A stretch of DNA of 64,000 nt from Elusimicrobia bacterium GWC2_61_19 (lineage in GTDB: Bacteria > Elusimicrobiota > Elusimicrobia > Elusimicrobiales > UBA9959): NCBI GenBank assembly GCA_001799795.1, contig MGUD01000018.1, forward strand, positions 2,647 through 66,646. Reading direction: 5' to 3'. Position numbers and translations under genes: made by a program. A model generated the notes under the pieces. That model was not told where the DNA came from. It searched no databases and was given only the letters and a program-made list of their open reading frames with translations. This document shows positions 53,272 to 62,925 of this stretch, piece after piece (position 1 is the first letter of the stretch; each line of letters opens with the position of its first letter).

Positions 53272-54279
53272 ATGACAAAAACCAGGATACTGGCCACGCT
53301 GGGCCCGGCCTGCGCCGCGCCCGCCATGCTGCGCAAACTTTACGCGGCCGGCCTGGACGCCGTACGCCTGAATTTTTCCCACGGCACCCCGCAGGACCAC
53401 GAAGCCGGCGTAAAACTGGTCAGGGAACTTAACCGCAAACTCCGGCGGCACATACTCATACTGCAGGACCTCAAAGGCAACCGCATAAGGATAGGGCGCC
53501 TGAAGACCCCGCTGGAGCTGAAGAAGCGGCAGCGCGTGACCCTTATACAGGCTGACGCGGCCGGCAAGCCCGGCGAGATCCCTTTCGATTACCGCGGCTC
53601 CCTCAAGGTCATTAAAAAAGGCCACCTGGTCTACATAGACGACGGCAATATAGCGCTGGAAGTGAAAGCCCCCGGCCGCGATTCGCTTACCTGCGAAGTG
53701 ACGGCGGGGGGCCTGCTGAAAGAACGCAAGGGCGTGAACATACCGCTGGCGCGGCTGGACTTCCCGCTGCTCTCGGACGAGGACAGGGCGGATATAGAGT
53801 TCGGGGTAAAGCACCGCCTGGACTTCATCGCCCAGTCCTTCGTGCGCTCCCGGGAGGACGTGAGCGCCGTAGCCCGCCTGGTGAAACCGCGGCACCCCGC
53901 CTGTAAAATAATTGCCAAGATCGAGGCCCGAGAAGCCGTAAAGAATCTGGAAGAAATAGCCGACGCCGCCGACGGCATAATGGTGGCGCGCGGAGATCTG
54001 GGTGTGATGTTCCCGCTTTGGGAAGTGCCCATGCTGCAGAAGAGGATCATAAAGCTGGCCAACCGCCTGGGCAAACCCGTCATCACCGCCACGCAGATGC
54101 TGGAGACCATGACCGCCAGCCCCGTGCCCACCAGGGCCGAGGTTTCCGACGTGGCCAATGCCGTGCTGGACGGCACCGATTACGTCATGCTGTCGGCCGA
54201 GACGGCGGCCGGGAAATATCCGGCCGAAGCCGTCCGCATGATGGACCGGATAGTAAAATACACCGAAGCCAACTCTTAA
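53272..54279 (+). CDS. pyk: Pyruvate kinase, A+B domains only (no C-terminal regulatory domain)
   Basis: [11 protein letters not shown]...LNFSHG...MVARGDLG...TQMLETM...[10 protein letters not shown]. It ends after the A-domain at 335 aa. Confidence 0.8.
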   Translation: MTKTRILATLGPACAAPAMLRKLYAAGLDAVRLNFSHGTPQDHEAGVKLVRELNRKLRRHILILQDLKGNRIRIGRLKTPLELKKRQRVTLIQADAAGKPGEIPFDYRGSLKVIKKGHLVYIDDGNIALEVKAPGRDSLTCEVTAGGLLKERKGVNIPLARLDFPLLSDEDRADIEFGVKHRLDFIAQSFVRSREDVSAVARLVKPRHPACKIIAKIEAREAVKNLEEIADAADGIMVARGDLGVMFPLWEVPMLQKRIIKLANRLGKPVITATQMLETMTASPVPTRAEVSDVANAVLDGTDYVMLSAETAAGKYPAEAVRMMDRIVKYTEANS

Positions 54280-54412
54280 GACCGGGAATTCCACCGCTAC
54301 CAAAAGGCCCAAGAAATAAGGGGCCTTTAGGACCTATTGCGCCTCCCGCCGGCCGGCTATAATTATATAAGTGAAAACCAATAGCACCCGTACAGCCAGG
54401 GAGAACCACCAT

Positions 54413-56215
54413 ATGAAATACCCCGTAAGAGGTCTTTTTACCTATTTATGCGGCCTTATGATCCTGGCCGGCCAGGTTTCGGCCGCGCCTATCGACGAAC
54501 TGGAAGCGCTCGCCGCCTCCGCGCCCGGCGACTACGGGAAGGTTTTCGACAAGAACCTGGCCTCCGCCACCGCCGGCGCCGCCGGGTCCATGACGCAGCA
54601 GCAGCTTAAGCAGCTGATGCTCCAGGACCTGGACTCGGTAAGGAACACGATAGCCGCCCGCTACGCCCCGGCCGGCTGGAAGCAGGAAGAGTTCGGCTGG
54701 AATCTGGACGCCGAGATACAGAAAGCCAAAGACAAGGTGAACGCCTCGGATTCCTTCGGCGTGCAGGACTACCAGCAGACGCTGAAAGCGATGCTGAACT
54801 CCCTGCGGGACTACCATGTGTCCGTTTCCTTCCATGCCACCGAATACTCCGCCCTGCCTATCGGCATTACCGAAGCGGGCGGCCGGTACTTTATTTCCGC
54901 CATAGGCCGCAAAAGCCTCCCCGAGAACGTCTTCCCTTTCAAAGTAGGGGACGAGGTCACGTCTTTCGACGGGAAACCCGTGGCCGAGGCGGTCGCGGAG
55001 CTTAAGAAAAAAGCCGGCATGGACAATGTGGCGCATACCGACGAAGCCATGGCCGTCATGATGTCCCTGACTTTCCGCGGCGCCATGTCCGGCGATGCCG
55101 TGCCCCAGGGGCCGGTGGCCATAAGCATCAGGCCCGCCGGGGCGGCGGAGTCCGTCCCCTTCCAGCTGAAGTGGATCCACGCGCCGGAGCTGATAGCCCC
55201 GCAGCCTTTCGTGACAAAGCGGACCGGCCTTAAACTCCCCATGTCCTGGCTGGGCATGATGCTGCTGGACACCCCTTACGCGGCCGTTAACGCCCAGGCC
55301 TCCTACGGCCTGGGCAACAAGGACGGCTTCCTGCCGGACTTCGGAGAGAAGGTCTGGGAAGCCCCGGCCGACAACTCTTTCAGGGCCTATGTTTACAAGT
55401 CGCCCGCCAGCGGCAGGAACGTGGCTTTAGTACGCATCCCCACTTACATGGTGGACAACCCCGCCAAACTGGTGAAGGACTTCGCCGCGCTGGTGCCCGA
55501 ATTCAACAACCGGGCGGACGCGCTTGTAATAGACCAGACCAACAACCCCGGCGGCATCGTGTTCTACCTTTACGCGCTGGCCTCCATGCTGACCGACACA
55601 CCGCTTACCCTGCCCAGGCACTATATCACGCTGACTCAGGCCGACGTGGCCGAATCGGTGAATTTCCTGCAGGAAACGGCCGCGGCGAAGACCGACGCGG
55701 ACGCCAAGGACATGCTGGGCCCCGACGTGGCCGGCTACCCCGTAAGCTACGAGCTGCTCGCCAACTGGGCCGCCTTCCACGCGGAAGTGGTCAAACAGTG
55801 GGCCGCCGGCAAGACCATGACGAGCCCCCTGCCGGTGTTCGGCATCGCCACTCTTAAACCCGACGCGGCCGTGCGGTTCACCAAACCCGTGATGATACTC
55901 ACCAACCCGCTCGACTTCTCCGGCGGCGACTTCTTCCCGGCCATCATGCAGGACAATAAGCGCGCCGTGATCTTCGGCGAGCGCACCGCCGGCGCCGGCG
56001 GCGTGGTAAAGGAATATAAACAGGCGAACTCCCTGCTGGGCGTGAGCAGCATCCACCTCACCGCCACCATAGCCGAACGCCCCAACGGCCAGCCCATCGA
56101 GAATCTGGGCGTAACGCCCGACGTGCCCTATATTGTAACCCCGGCCGACGTGCAGGGCGGTTACGCGGCCTATATAAGGGCGGCCGACGCCGCCGTAGCC
56201 GGGCTGTTCAGATGA
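54413..56215 (+). CDS. S41-family serine peptidase, CPAF-like
   Basis: ATG 54413 preceded by GGGAGA. Signal peptide. ALVIDQTNNPGG and PVMILTNPLDFSGGDFFPAIMQDNKRAVIFGERTAGAGG resemble, from memory, the CPAF active-site region. Confidence 0.65.
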   Translation: MKYPVRGLFTYLCGLMILAGQVSAAPIDELEALAASAPGDYGKVFDKNLASATAGAAGSMTQQQLKQLMLQDLDSVRNTIAARYAPAGWKQEEFGWNLDAEIQKAKDKVNASDSFGVQDYQQTLKAMLNSLRDYHVSVSFHATEYSALPIGITEAGGRYFISAIGRKSLPENVFPFKVGDEVTSFDGKPVAEAVAELKKKAGMDNVAHTDEAMAVMMSLTFRGAMSGDAVPQGPVAISIRPAGAAESVPFQLKWIHAPELIAPQPFVTKRTGLKLPMSWLGMMLLDTPYAAVNAQASYGLGNKDGFLPDFGEKVWEAPADNSFRAYVYKSPASGRNVALVRIPTYMVDNPAKLVKDFAALVPEFNNRADALVIDQTNNPGGIVFYLYALASMLTDTPLTLPRHYITLTQADVAESVNFLQETAAAKTDADAKDMLGPDVAGYPVSYELLANWAAFHAEVVKQWAAGKTMTSPLPVFGIATLKPDAAVRFTKPVMILTNPLDFSGGDFFPAIMQDNKRAVIFGERTAGAGGVVKEYKQANSLLGVSSIHLTATIAERPNGQPIENLGVTPDVPYIVTPADVQGGYAAYIRAADAAVAGLFR

Positions 56216-57099
56216 TAAAAGCGGCCCTGCTCGCGCTGACCGCCGCGATGTCGCTGACCCCGGGAGCCTGCGCGCTGGACCCCGGCTTCTGTATATTTAA
56301 CGGCCGCGACGGCGTCCCCGGCGCCGCCGCCTTCAATGCCGCCGTGGCAGCGAGCGACCTGGTCTGCGTGGGCGAGAGTCACGACCAGGCCAACGACCAC
56401 CTGGCCCAGTTGGAAGCGCTCAAAGCCCTTTACGCCGCCCGCGGCCGGAACGTGGCCGTCGGCTTTGAAATGCTGAACATGACGCTCCAGCCCGTGCTGG
56501 AGGACTACGCCGCCGGCAGGCTGAGCGAGGCGGAATTCCTGCTGAAAGCCGACTGGCGCAAAGAGTGGGGCTTCGACTTCAACCTTTATAAACCCATCTT
56601 CGACTTTATCCGGGAAAAGAAACTCGCCGCCATCGCCCTTAACCTGCCGAAAAAAGTGGTGGCTAAAATAGCCAGGACCGGCCTGGCCGGGCTTTCGCCC
56701 GAAGAGGCCAAGTACCTGCCCGCCAACCTGCACGTTACTACCGACGAGCGCTACATAGCCTACATCCGCCAGTCTTTCGACGGGCAGATGTCGGATATGT
56801 TCAAGTTCGAGAATTACCTGGCCGCCATGTCGGCCTGGAACGAAGCCATGGGCGCTCGCCTCGCCGATTTTCTAAACGCCAATCCCGGCTTCGCCGCGCT
56901 GTCGGTCGCCGGCTCGGGCCACATGATCTACAACGCGGGCATCCCGGCCTCGGTCAAAGCCAGGGCACCGGGCGCGCGCATCACCACCTATTTCATGCAG
57001 GGCTCCGCCGCCTGCCCCGGGGCTTTCCCGGCCGCCGACAAAGACCTCGGCGACTACATCTGGTACGTGCGGCACACCGCGGCGCCGGCGGAAAAATAA
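56212..57099 (+). CDS. ChaN/Tiki-superfamily (DUF399, haem-binding-uptake-like) exported protein
   Basis: ATGA overlap with the S41 gene. Signal peptide. VCVGESHDQANDHLAQLEALKAL hallmark. Confidence 0.65.
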   Translation: MIKAALLALTAAMSLTPGACALDPGFCIFNGRDGVPGAAAFNAAVAASDLVCVGESHDQANDHLAQLEALKALYAARGRNVAVGFEMLNMTLQPVLEDYAAGRLSEAEFLLKADWRKEWGFDFNLYKPIFDFIREKKLAAIALNLPKKVVAKIARTGLAGLSPEEAKYLPANLHVTTDERYIAYIRQSFDGQMSDMFKFENYLAAMSAWNEAMGARLADFLNANPGFAALSVAGSGHMIYNAGIPASVKARAPGARITTYFMQGSAACPGAFPAADKDLGDYIWYVRHTAAPAEK

Positions 57100-57132
57100 A
57101 ACCCCGGCGGCGTCCTCCAATTTAAAGCTTCA

Positions 57133-58938
57133 ATGGCCATACTGCTCAGCTGTCAAAATCTTTCCAAAAGTTTCGGCGCCCGGCCCCTGTTCGAGGGGCT
57201 GTCGTTCGGCCTTTCCGAAGGCGAACGCACCGGGCTCATAGGCCCCAACGGGACCGGCAAATCCACGCTGCTAAAAATCCTGGCCGGGGTAGAGACGCAG
57301 GACGCCGGGGCGGTCACGCCCAGGCGCGGCCTGCGGCTGGGCTACCTGGCCCAGCAGGACCGCTTTACCGACGCCCAGGGCGGCTGGACCGTGCGCGACG
57401 AAATACTGAAAGCCCTGGCGGACCTGAACCTTGAGGATTATGAGATCGACCGCCGCGCCGCCGCCGGGCTGGCCGCCGCCGGCTTTGCGGACCCGGCCCA
57501 ACCCGTGAACGTGCTGTCCGGCGGCTGGCGCAAGCGCCTGGCTATCCTGGCCCAAAGCGCGCGCGAGCCGGACCTGCTGCTGCTCGACGAACCCACCAAC
57601 CACCTCGACATCGAGGGCGTGCTGTGGCTGGAGAATTTTATCGCGGAGTTCAAATTTCCTTTCCTGGTGGTCACGCACGACCGCCGCTTCCTGGAGCGGG
57701 TCACCAACCGCGTAATAGAACTTAACAAGCGCTACCCGGAGGGCTACTTCAGCAGCGCCGGCAACTACAGCAAATTTCTGGAGAACCGGGAGTCTTTCTT
57801 CGACGCGCAGGCCTCGCGCGAGGACTCCCTGCGCAACGTTGTCCGCACGGAAATAGCCTGGCTGCGCCGCGGCGCGCGGGCCCGCATGACCAAGCAGAAA
57901 GCCCACATAGACCGTGCGGGGGGGCTGATACAGGAACTTTCCGAGCTGGAGTACCACAACGCCCAGAACCGCACCGCCGGCATAGATTTCACCGCCGGGG
58001 ACCGCCAGGCCAACCGCCTCATCCACGCCGTAAAGATAGAAAAATCCCTGGGCGGCCGAAAGTTGTTCGGCCCGCTGGACCTGACGCTGGGCCCGGGCGA
58101 GAAGCTGGGCCTGCTGGGCGGCAACGGCTCGGGCAAGACCACCCTGCTTAAAATGCTGACCGGCCAGCTGGCCCCAGACGCCGGCACCCTGAAACAGGCC
58201 CAGGGCCTGCGCGTGGCCGTGTTCGACCAGCACCGAAGCGCCCTTAACCTGGACCATACCCTCAAACACGCCCTGTGCGGCCACGGGGAGCACGTATTTT
58301 ACAAAGACGCCCCCATCCACGTAAAAGCCTGGGCCACGCGTTTTCTTTTCCGGGCCGAGCAGCTGGAGATGCCGCTGCGGCTGCTTTCCGGCGGCGAGCA
58401 GGCCCGCGTACTGATAGCCGGCTTCATGCTGGAACCCGCCGACGTGCTGCTGCTGGACGAACCGACCAACGACCTGGACCTCCAGTCGCTGGAAGTGCTG
58501 GAGAACAGCATGCAGGAATTCCCCGGCGCGCTGGTGCTGGTGACGCATGACCGCTACCTGCTCGAGCGCGTCAGCCGCCGTCTGCTGGCGCTAGACGGCA
58601 GGGGCAACGCGCGCTTTTTTGCGGATCTTTCACAGTGGGAGAGCTGGATGGCCGACACCGGCGCCGAAACCATAGCGGCACAGCCGGCACCCGCCGCCGC
58701 CCAGGGGCTTTCGGCCAAGGAAAGCCGTGAGGCCAAAGCCGCCATCCGTAAACTGGAATCGGAAATGCAGACCGCGGAGAACCAGGCCGCCAAAGCCCGC
58801 CTGGCCCTGGAAGACCCGGCCATAGCCACCGACGCCGGAGAACTGGCCGAACGCCAGAAGAAACTCGACGCGGCCCTGGCCAGGATAGACGGCCTCTTCG
58901 CCCGCTGGTCCGAACTGCACGAAAAAGCCGAAAATTAA
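57133..58938 (+). CDS. uup: ABC-F family ATPase (Uup-like)
   Basis: Two ABC cassettes (GPNGTGKST/LSGGWRKR and GGNGSGKTT/LSGGEQAR), an inter-domain linker WLRRGARARMTKQK, and a C-terminal coiled coil. Confidence 0.75.
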   Translation: MAILLSCQNLSKSFGARPLFEGLSFGLSEGERTGLIGPNGTGKSTLLKILAGVETQDAGAVTPRRGLRLGYLAQQDRFTDAQGGWTVRDEILKALADLNLEDYEIDRRAAAGLAAAGFADPAQPVNVLSGGWRKRLAILAQSAREPDLLLLDEPTNHLDIEGVLWLENFIAEFKFPFLVVTHDRRFLERVTNRVIELNKRYPEGYFSSAGNYSKFLENRESFFDAQASREDSLRNVVRTEIAWLRRGARARMTKQKAHIDRAGGLIQELSELEYHNAQNRTAGIDFTAGDRQANRLIHAVKIEKSLGGRKLFGPLDLTLGPGEKLGLLGGNGSGKTTLLKMLTGQLAPDAGTLKQAQGLRVAVFDQHRSALNLDHTLKHALCGHGEHVFYKDAPIHVKAWATRFLFRAEQLEMPLRLLSGGEQARVLIAGFMLEPADVLLLDEPTNDLDLQSLEVLENSMQEFPGALVLVTHDRYLLERVSRRLLALDGRGNARFFADLSQWESWMADTGAETIAAQPAPAAAQGLSAKESREAKAAIRKLESEMQTAENQAAKARLALEDPAIATDAGELAERQKKLDAALARIDGLFARWSELHEKAEN

Positions 58939-58948
58939 ATTTTAGGCC

Positions 58949-58976
58949 TTGACACCCAGAAAAATTCTGCTAGAAT
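58949..58976 (+). promoter_or_regulatory. Near-consensus promoter TTGACA-16-TAGAAT
   Basis: TTGACA at 58949..58954 and TAGAAT at 58971..58976, followed by a hairpin (58983-59018) and ttactttta. Confidence 0.45.
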
Positions 58977-59046
58977 ATGTTTGAGCCTGCGGCCCTTATA
59001 AACGGGATTCGTGGGCTCTTACTTTTATCCCCGTAAAATTCCCATT

Positions 59047-59055
59047 TGTTATAAT
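59047..59055 (+). promoter_or_regulatory. Extended -10 (TGTTATAAT) 7 nt upstream of ATG 59063 (leaderless geometry)
   Basis: tgt-tataat at 59047..59055, then ttaaccg, then ATG. There is no SD. Confidence 0.45.
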
Positions 59056-59062
59056 TTAACCG

Positions 59063-59542
59063 ATGCCACTGAACGCTATCTGCCGGGACGTGCGGGATTT
59101 CCTGAGCGGCCTCGTACACGATCTGCCCGAGGTTTTCCCGGCTCCGCGCGTTTACTACCGCCGCGCACCTACGCGCCTGGCCCGCCGGCCGTCCGCGGAG
59201 GAAGCCGCCGCCCGCAAGGGCGCAAGGGAAATTATCGGGGCGAGGGTCAGGCATTGGGCCGCGCTGATGAACCTCGATTACCGCCGGGTTTCCATAAAAG
59301 ACCAGCGCACCCTGTGGGGCAGCTGTTCGGGCAGGAAGAACCTGAACTTCAACTGGCGCCTGGCCGCCGCGCCGCCGGAAGTGCTGGATTACGTGGTCAT
59401 CCACGAGCTTTGCCACCTGCGCGAAATGAACCACTCCCGTAATTTCTGGGCCCTGGTAAACGCGCACTGCCCCGCTTACGCCGCCCGCCGCCGCTGGCTC
59501 AGGGATAATTGCTCCGCGCTAAGGGACCGCGCCTTATACTAA
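59063..59542 (+). CDS. YgjP-like (DUF45/M48-type) zinc metallopeptidase, short form
   Basis: RTLWGSCS...NFNWRL...VLDYVVIHELCHLREMNHSRNFWALV. It lacks the ~70-aa N-terminal part of typical YgjP proteins. Confidence 0.7.
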   Translation: MPLNAICRDVRDFLSGLVHDLPEVFPAPRVYYRRAPTRLARRPSAEEAAARKGAREIIGARVRHWAALMNLDYRRVSIKDQRTLWGSCSGRKNLNFNWRLAAAPPEVLDYVVIHELCHLREMNHSRNFWALVNAHCPAYAARRRWLRDNCSALRDRALY

Positions 59543-59585
59543 CCCCGCCCTGGCCTGACACAAACCTATATACTGAACATGTCCG

Positions 59586-60209
59586 TCACTCTATTTTAAA
59601 CCCCGTAAGTTTCCCCGCCAGCAGGGCCACATATCTGCCCTGGTACCTAGCGGCGGCCAATTCGTTAGCGCTCGGCATGCGCTCTCCCTGTCCTCCGGCT
59701 ATGGTGCCGGCGCCGTAAGGGGACCCCCCGGTTATTTCAGTCAGGCCCATCTGCCCCTGGAAGGAGTAAGGCAGGCCGGCGATCACCATCCCGTGATGCA
59801 GTAACGTGGTGTGGAAGGAAAGTATGGTGGATTCCTGGCCCCCGTGCTGGGTTGCGCTGCTTGCTATTACGCTGCCGACTTTTCCTACTAAGGAACCTTT
59901 CAGCCATAACGCTCCGGTCGAATCCAGGAACTGCCGCATCTGGCCGCACATATTGCCGAAACGCGTGGGCGTGGCGAAGATCGCCGCGTCGGCCCCGGCG
60001 AGGTCGTCGGTGGAGCACACCGGCACGGAAGCCTGTTTTTTTTGCGCCTCGACCGCCCCCATCTGCCCCAGCACCTCGACTGGGAGCGTTTCAGGCACAC
60101 GTTTTACGCTTACTTCGGCTCCTTTAACTGTAGCGGCGCCTTCGGCCGCGGCCTTGGCCATTTCATGAACATGGCCGTACATCGAATAATAAACCACCAG
60201 TATTTTCAT
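59586..60209 (-). CDS. wrbA: NAD(P)H:quinone oxidoreductase, WrbA type
   Basis: [14 protein letters not shown]...PTRFGNM...GGQE pattern. GGGGGGAAG SD and TATAAT upstream on the minus strand. Confidence 0.85.
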   Translation of the reverse strand: MKILVVYYSMYGHVHEMAKAAAEGAATVKGAEVSVKRVPETLPVEVLGQMGAVEAQKKQASVPVCSTDDLAGADAAIFATPTRFGNMCGQMRQFLDSTGALWLKGSLVGKVGSVIASSATQHGGQESTILSFHTTLLHHGMVIAGLPYSFQGQMGLTEITGGSPYGAGTIAGGQGERMPSANELAAARYQGRYVALLAGKLTGFKIE

Positions 60210-60292
60210 ATTTCTTCCCCCCGGGAATTATTATATTTCTACCCGCCTGAATCGTATATATTTTGACCTTTACAGTCAACACAACGCCGGGC

Positions 60293-60321
60293 TTGACAGA
60301 CCACGCCGGTTTTAATGTAAT
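60293..60321 (+). promoter_or_regulatory. Candidate promoter of the kor operon
   Basis: TTGACA (60293..60298), 17-nt spacer, TGTAAT (60316..60321). A purine-rich SD precedes ATG 60344. Confidence 0.4.
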
Positions 60322-60343
60322 CAGGGTAGGTGCAGGGGGTGGG

Positions 60344-62050
60344 ATGAAAAACGAGATCAACATAAGGATAACCGGCGAGGCCGGGCAGGGGATAATCTCC
60401 GCCGGCATGATGCTGGCCCGCATGTATACGGACAGCGGGCGGCATGTTTTCGCCATACAGGATTATATGTCCCGCATCCGCGGCGGCAATAACTTTTTCC
60501 AGGTGCGCGCGGCGACAAAGCCGGTAGCCGCGCCGGCAAAACAGGCCGATATCATAATCGCTCTGGACAAAGAAGCGGTAGAAGCCAGCAAGGCCGCGCT
60601 GGCCCCCGGCGGCGTGATGGTGCTCGACGCGGAGAAATTCGGGATAAAGGACCTGGAGAACGGCCGGATCAACGCGCCCATCTACGCCCTGGCGCAGGAA
60701 GCCGGCGGTCCCCTCTACGCCAATTCGGTCGCGCTGGGCATTCTGGCGGCGCTGACCTGCGATAACTTCGAAGACGCCGCAAAGACGGTGGCGCGTGAGT
60801 TCGCCTCCAAAGGCGGCGAAGCGGCCCTAAGGAACGCGCAAGCCGCCCGCAAAGGTTACGATTACGCCGCCGGGAACATAAAGGATCCCGCCTTCAGACT
60901 TGCCGCCGCTCCGCATGACCGCGGCTGCCTGCTGGCCGGCAACGAGGCGCTGGCGCTCGGCGTTATCTCCGCAGGGTGCAAGTTCTACAGCGCCTACCCC
61001 ATGTCGCCGGCCACAGGCATAATGAATACCGTGGCCGATCATGCCGCGCGCTACGGGATAATAGTGGAGCAGGCGGAGGACGAGATAGCGGCCGTCAACA
61101 TGGCCATCGGGGCGTCATTCGCCGGAGTACGGGCCATGACCGGAACGTCGGGCGGGGGCTTCGCGCTGATGTGCGAGGGGCTCAGCCTGGCCGCCATGAC
61201 GGAAACCCCTCTGGTAATAGCGCTGATAATGCGCCCGGGGCCCGCCACCGGCTTCCCCACCCGCACCGCGCAGGAGGACCTGCTGTTCGCGCTGCACGCC
61301 GGCCATGGGGAATTCGCCCGCGCCGTCTACACGCCGGGCTCGCCGGAAGAATGTTTCCTGGCCGCCAAACGCGCCTTCAACACCGCCGAACGCTTCCAGG
61401 TTCCGGCGCTTATCCTGTCGGACCAGTACCTTGGCGAGTCTTTTACCAATATTAAGTTTCCCGATACGGCGTGCGAACCGCCTGACAGGGGCCGCATCTT
61501 AAAGAACGGAACTACCCCTGGGACTCGCCGCTACGAATATAGCGATGACGGAGTCTCGCCCCGCGCCATCCCGGGCAGGTCCGAAGCGCTGGCCGCCGCC
61601 GACAGCGACGAGCACGGGCCGGAAGGCCATATAACCGAACTGGCGGAAGTCCGCATAAAGATGACGGAGAAGCGCCTGAAATTGAAGATGGCGGGCCTGG
61701 CGGGGGAGATCCTGCCGCCTACCGTGGTAAATCCCGGGGCGAAGACCATGCTCTGCGGCTTCGGCTCTACCCTTGGTGTGCTGAGGGAGACCTGCGCCGC
61801 GGCGAAGGAGACCGGATTCATCCATTACCCGCAGATCTGGCCTTTTCCGGCGGACGCGACGCTGGCCGCGCTGAAAGGGACCGGGCGCGTTCTTACGGTG
61901 GAGAACAACGCCGGCGGGCAGCTGGCCGGGCTTATACGCAGGGAATCAGGTGTACACGCCGCCGGGTCCGTGCTTAAATACGATGGGCGGCCGTTCACGC
62001 CGGACGAAGTGGTTTCGGCGCTGGAAAGGGGGAACCAAGATGGAGCCTAA
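60344..62050 (+). CDS. korA: 2-oxoacid:ferredoxin oxidoreductase, fused gamma/alpha subunit
   Basis: ATG 60344 (listed ORF starts at TTG 60263). N-terminal gamma-like ITGEAGQGIISAGMMLA, then alpha-like GNEALALGVISAGCKFYSAYPMSPAT. Confidence 0.8.
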   Translation: MKNEINIRITGEAGQGIISAGMMLARMYTDSGRHVFAIQDYMSRIRGGNNFFQVRAATKPVAAPAKQADIIIALDKEAVEASKAALAPGGVMVLDAEKFGIKDLENGRINAPIYALAQEAGGPLYANSVALGILAALTCDNFEDAAKTVAREFASKGGEAALRNAQAARKGYDYAAGNIKDPAFRLAAAPHDRGCLLAGNEALALGVISAGCKFYSAYPMSPATGIMNTVADHAARYGIIVEQAEDEIAAVNMAIGASFAGVRAMTGTSGGGFALMCEGLSLAAMTETPLVIALIMRPGPATGFPTRTAQEDLLFALHAGHGEFARAVYTPGSPEECFLAAKRAFNTAERFQVPALILSDQYLGESFTNIKFPDTACEPPDRGRILKNGTTPGTRRYEYSDDGVSPRAIPGRSEALAAADSDEHGPEGHITELAEVRIKMTEKRLKLKMAGLAGEILPPTVVNPGAKTMLCGFGSTLGVLRETCAAAKETGFIHYPQIWPFPADATLAALKGTGRVLTVENNAGGQLAGLIRRESGVHAAGSVLKYDGRPFTPDEVVSALERGNQDGA

Positions 62051-62888
62051 TGATTTTAATTCCGCCGATCCGGTGGCCTGGTGCCCGGGCTGCGGGAACT
62101 TCGGCGTTCAAGCCGCGCTGAAAGCCGCCCTGGCGCAACTCGGTAAAGAACCGCGCCAACTGCTGCTGGTTTCCGGCATAGGCCAGGCGGCGAAAATGCC
62201 GCATTATATAAAGGCCAACTTTTTCAACGGCCTGCACGGCAGGGCTTTGCCCGCGGCCGCGGCCGCGAAAATAGCCAACCGCGAACTGACCGTAATAGTA
62301 ACAACGGGCGACGGCGACTGCTACGGCGAGGGCGGCAACCACTTCCTCCACAATATCCGGCGCAACGTGGACATAACGGTGATAGTGCACGACAACCAGA
62401 TCTACGGCCTCACCAAGGGGCAGGCCTCTCCCACTTCGGAGCCGGGCATGAAGACAAAGATACAGCCCGGCGGGGTGATACTGGCCCCGTTCCCGCCGCT
62501 GGAAACGGCGCTGGCGCTGGGCTGCGGCTTTGTGGCCCGCGGCTACGCGGCCGAAAGGGAACATTTAACGGAACTTATCCTGGCCGGAATAAGGCACAAG
62601 GGCTTTTCGCTTATAGACGTTTTCCAGCCCTGCGTATCGTTCAACAAACTGAACACCTACGAATGGTACGCGCGGCGGGTTTATAAGGTAGGACCGGAAC
62701 ACGACGCGGCCGACAAAACCGCCGCCATGGCGCTGGCGGCCCAGCGGGAACGCCTGCCCATAGGCGTGATCTACAGCGGCGCAAAACCCTCCTACGGGGA
62801 GCTCAGCGGCCTGGACGGCATGCCGCCGCTGGTGGACGCCGACATAAGCAACGTCGACATAAACCCGGCCCTGGCGGATTTCCGCTAG
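62040..62888 (+). CDS. korB: 2-oxoacid:ferredoxin oxidoreductase, beta (TPP-binding) subunit
   Basis: ATG 62040 overlaps the alpha stop. WCPGCGNFG and GDGDCYGEGGNH motifs. Confidence 0.85.
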   Translation: MEPNDFNSADPVAWCPGCGNFGVQAALKAALAQLGKEPRQLLLVSGIGQAAKMPHYIKANFFNGLHGRALPAAAAAKIANRELTVIVTTGDGDCYGEGGNHFLHNIRRNVDITVIVHDNQIYGLTKGQASPTSEPGMKTKIQPGGVILAPFPPLETALALGCGFVARGYAAEREHLTELILAGIRHKGFSLIDVFQPCVSFNKLNTYEWYARRVYKVGPEHDAADKTAAMALAAQRERLPIGVIYSGAKPSYGELSGLDGMPPLVDADISNVDINPALADFR

Positions 62889-62925
62889 GAGCCAGGCGGA
62901 ACGAATTCTCGGTTAGGGGGAAGTC

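Noticed and set aside
59011-59442. 143-aa ORF in an alternative frame over the YgjP-like gene
   Set aside because: Its translation is Pro/Arg/Gly-rich with no motifs. The overlapping frame contains the HELxH-type metallopeptidase motif.
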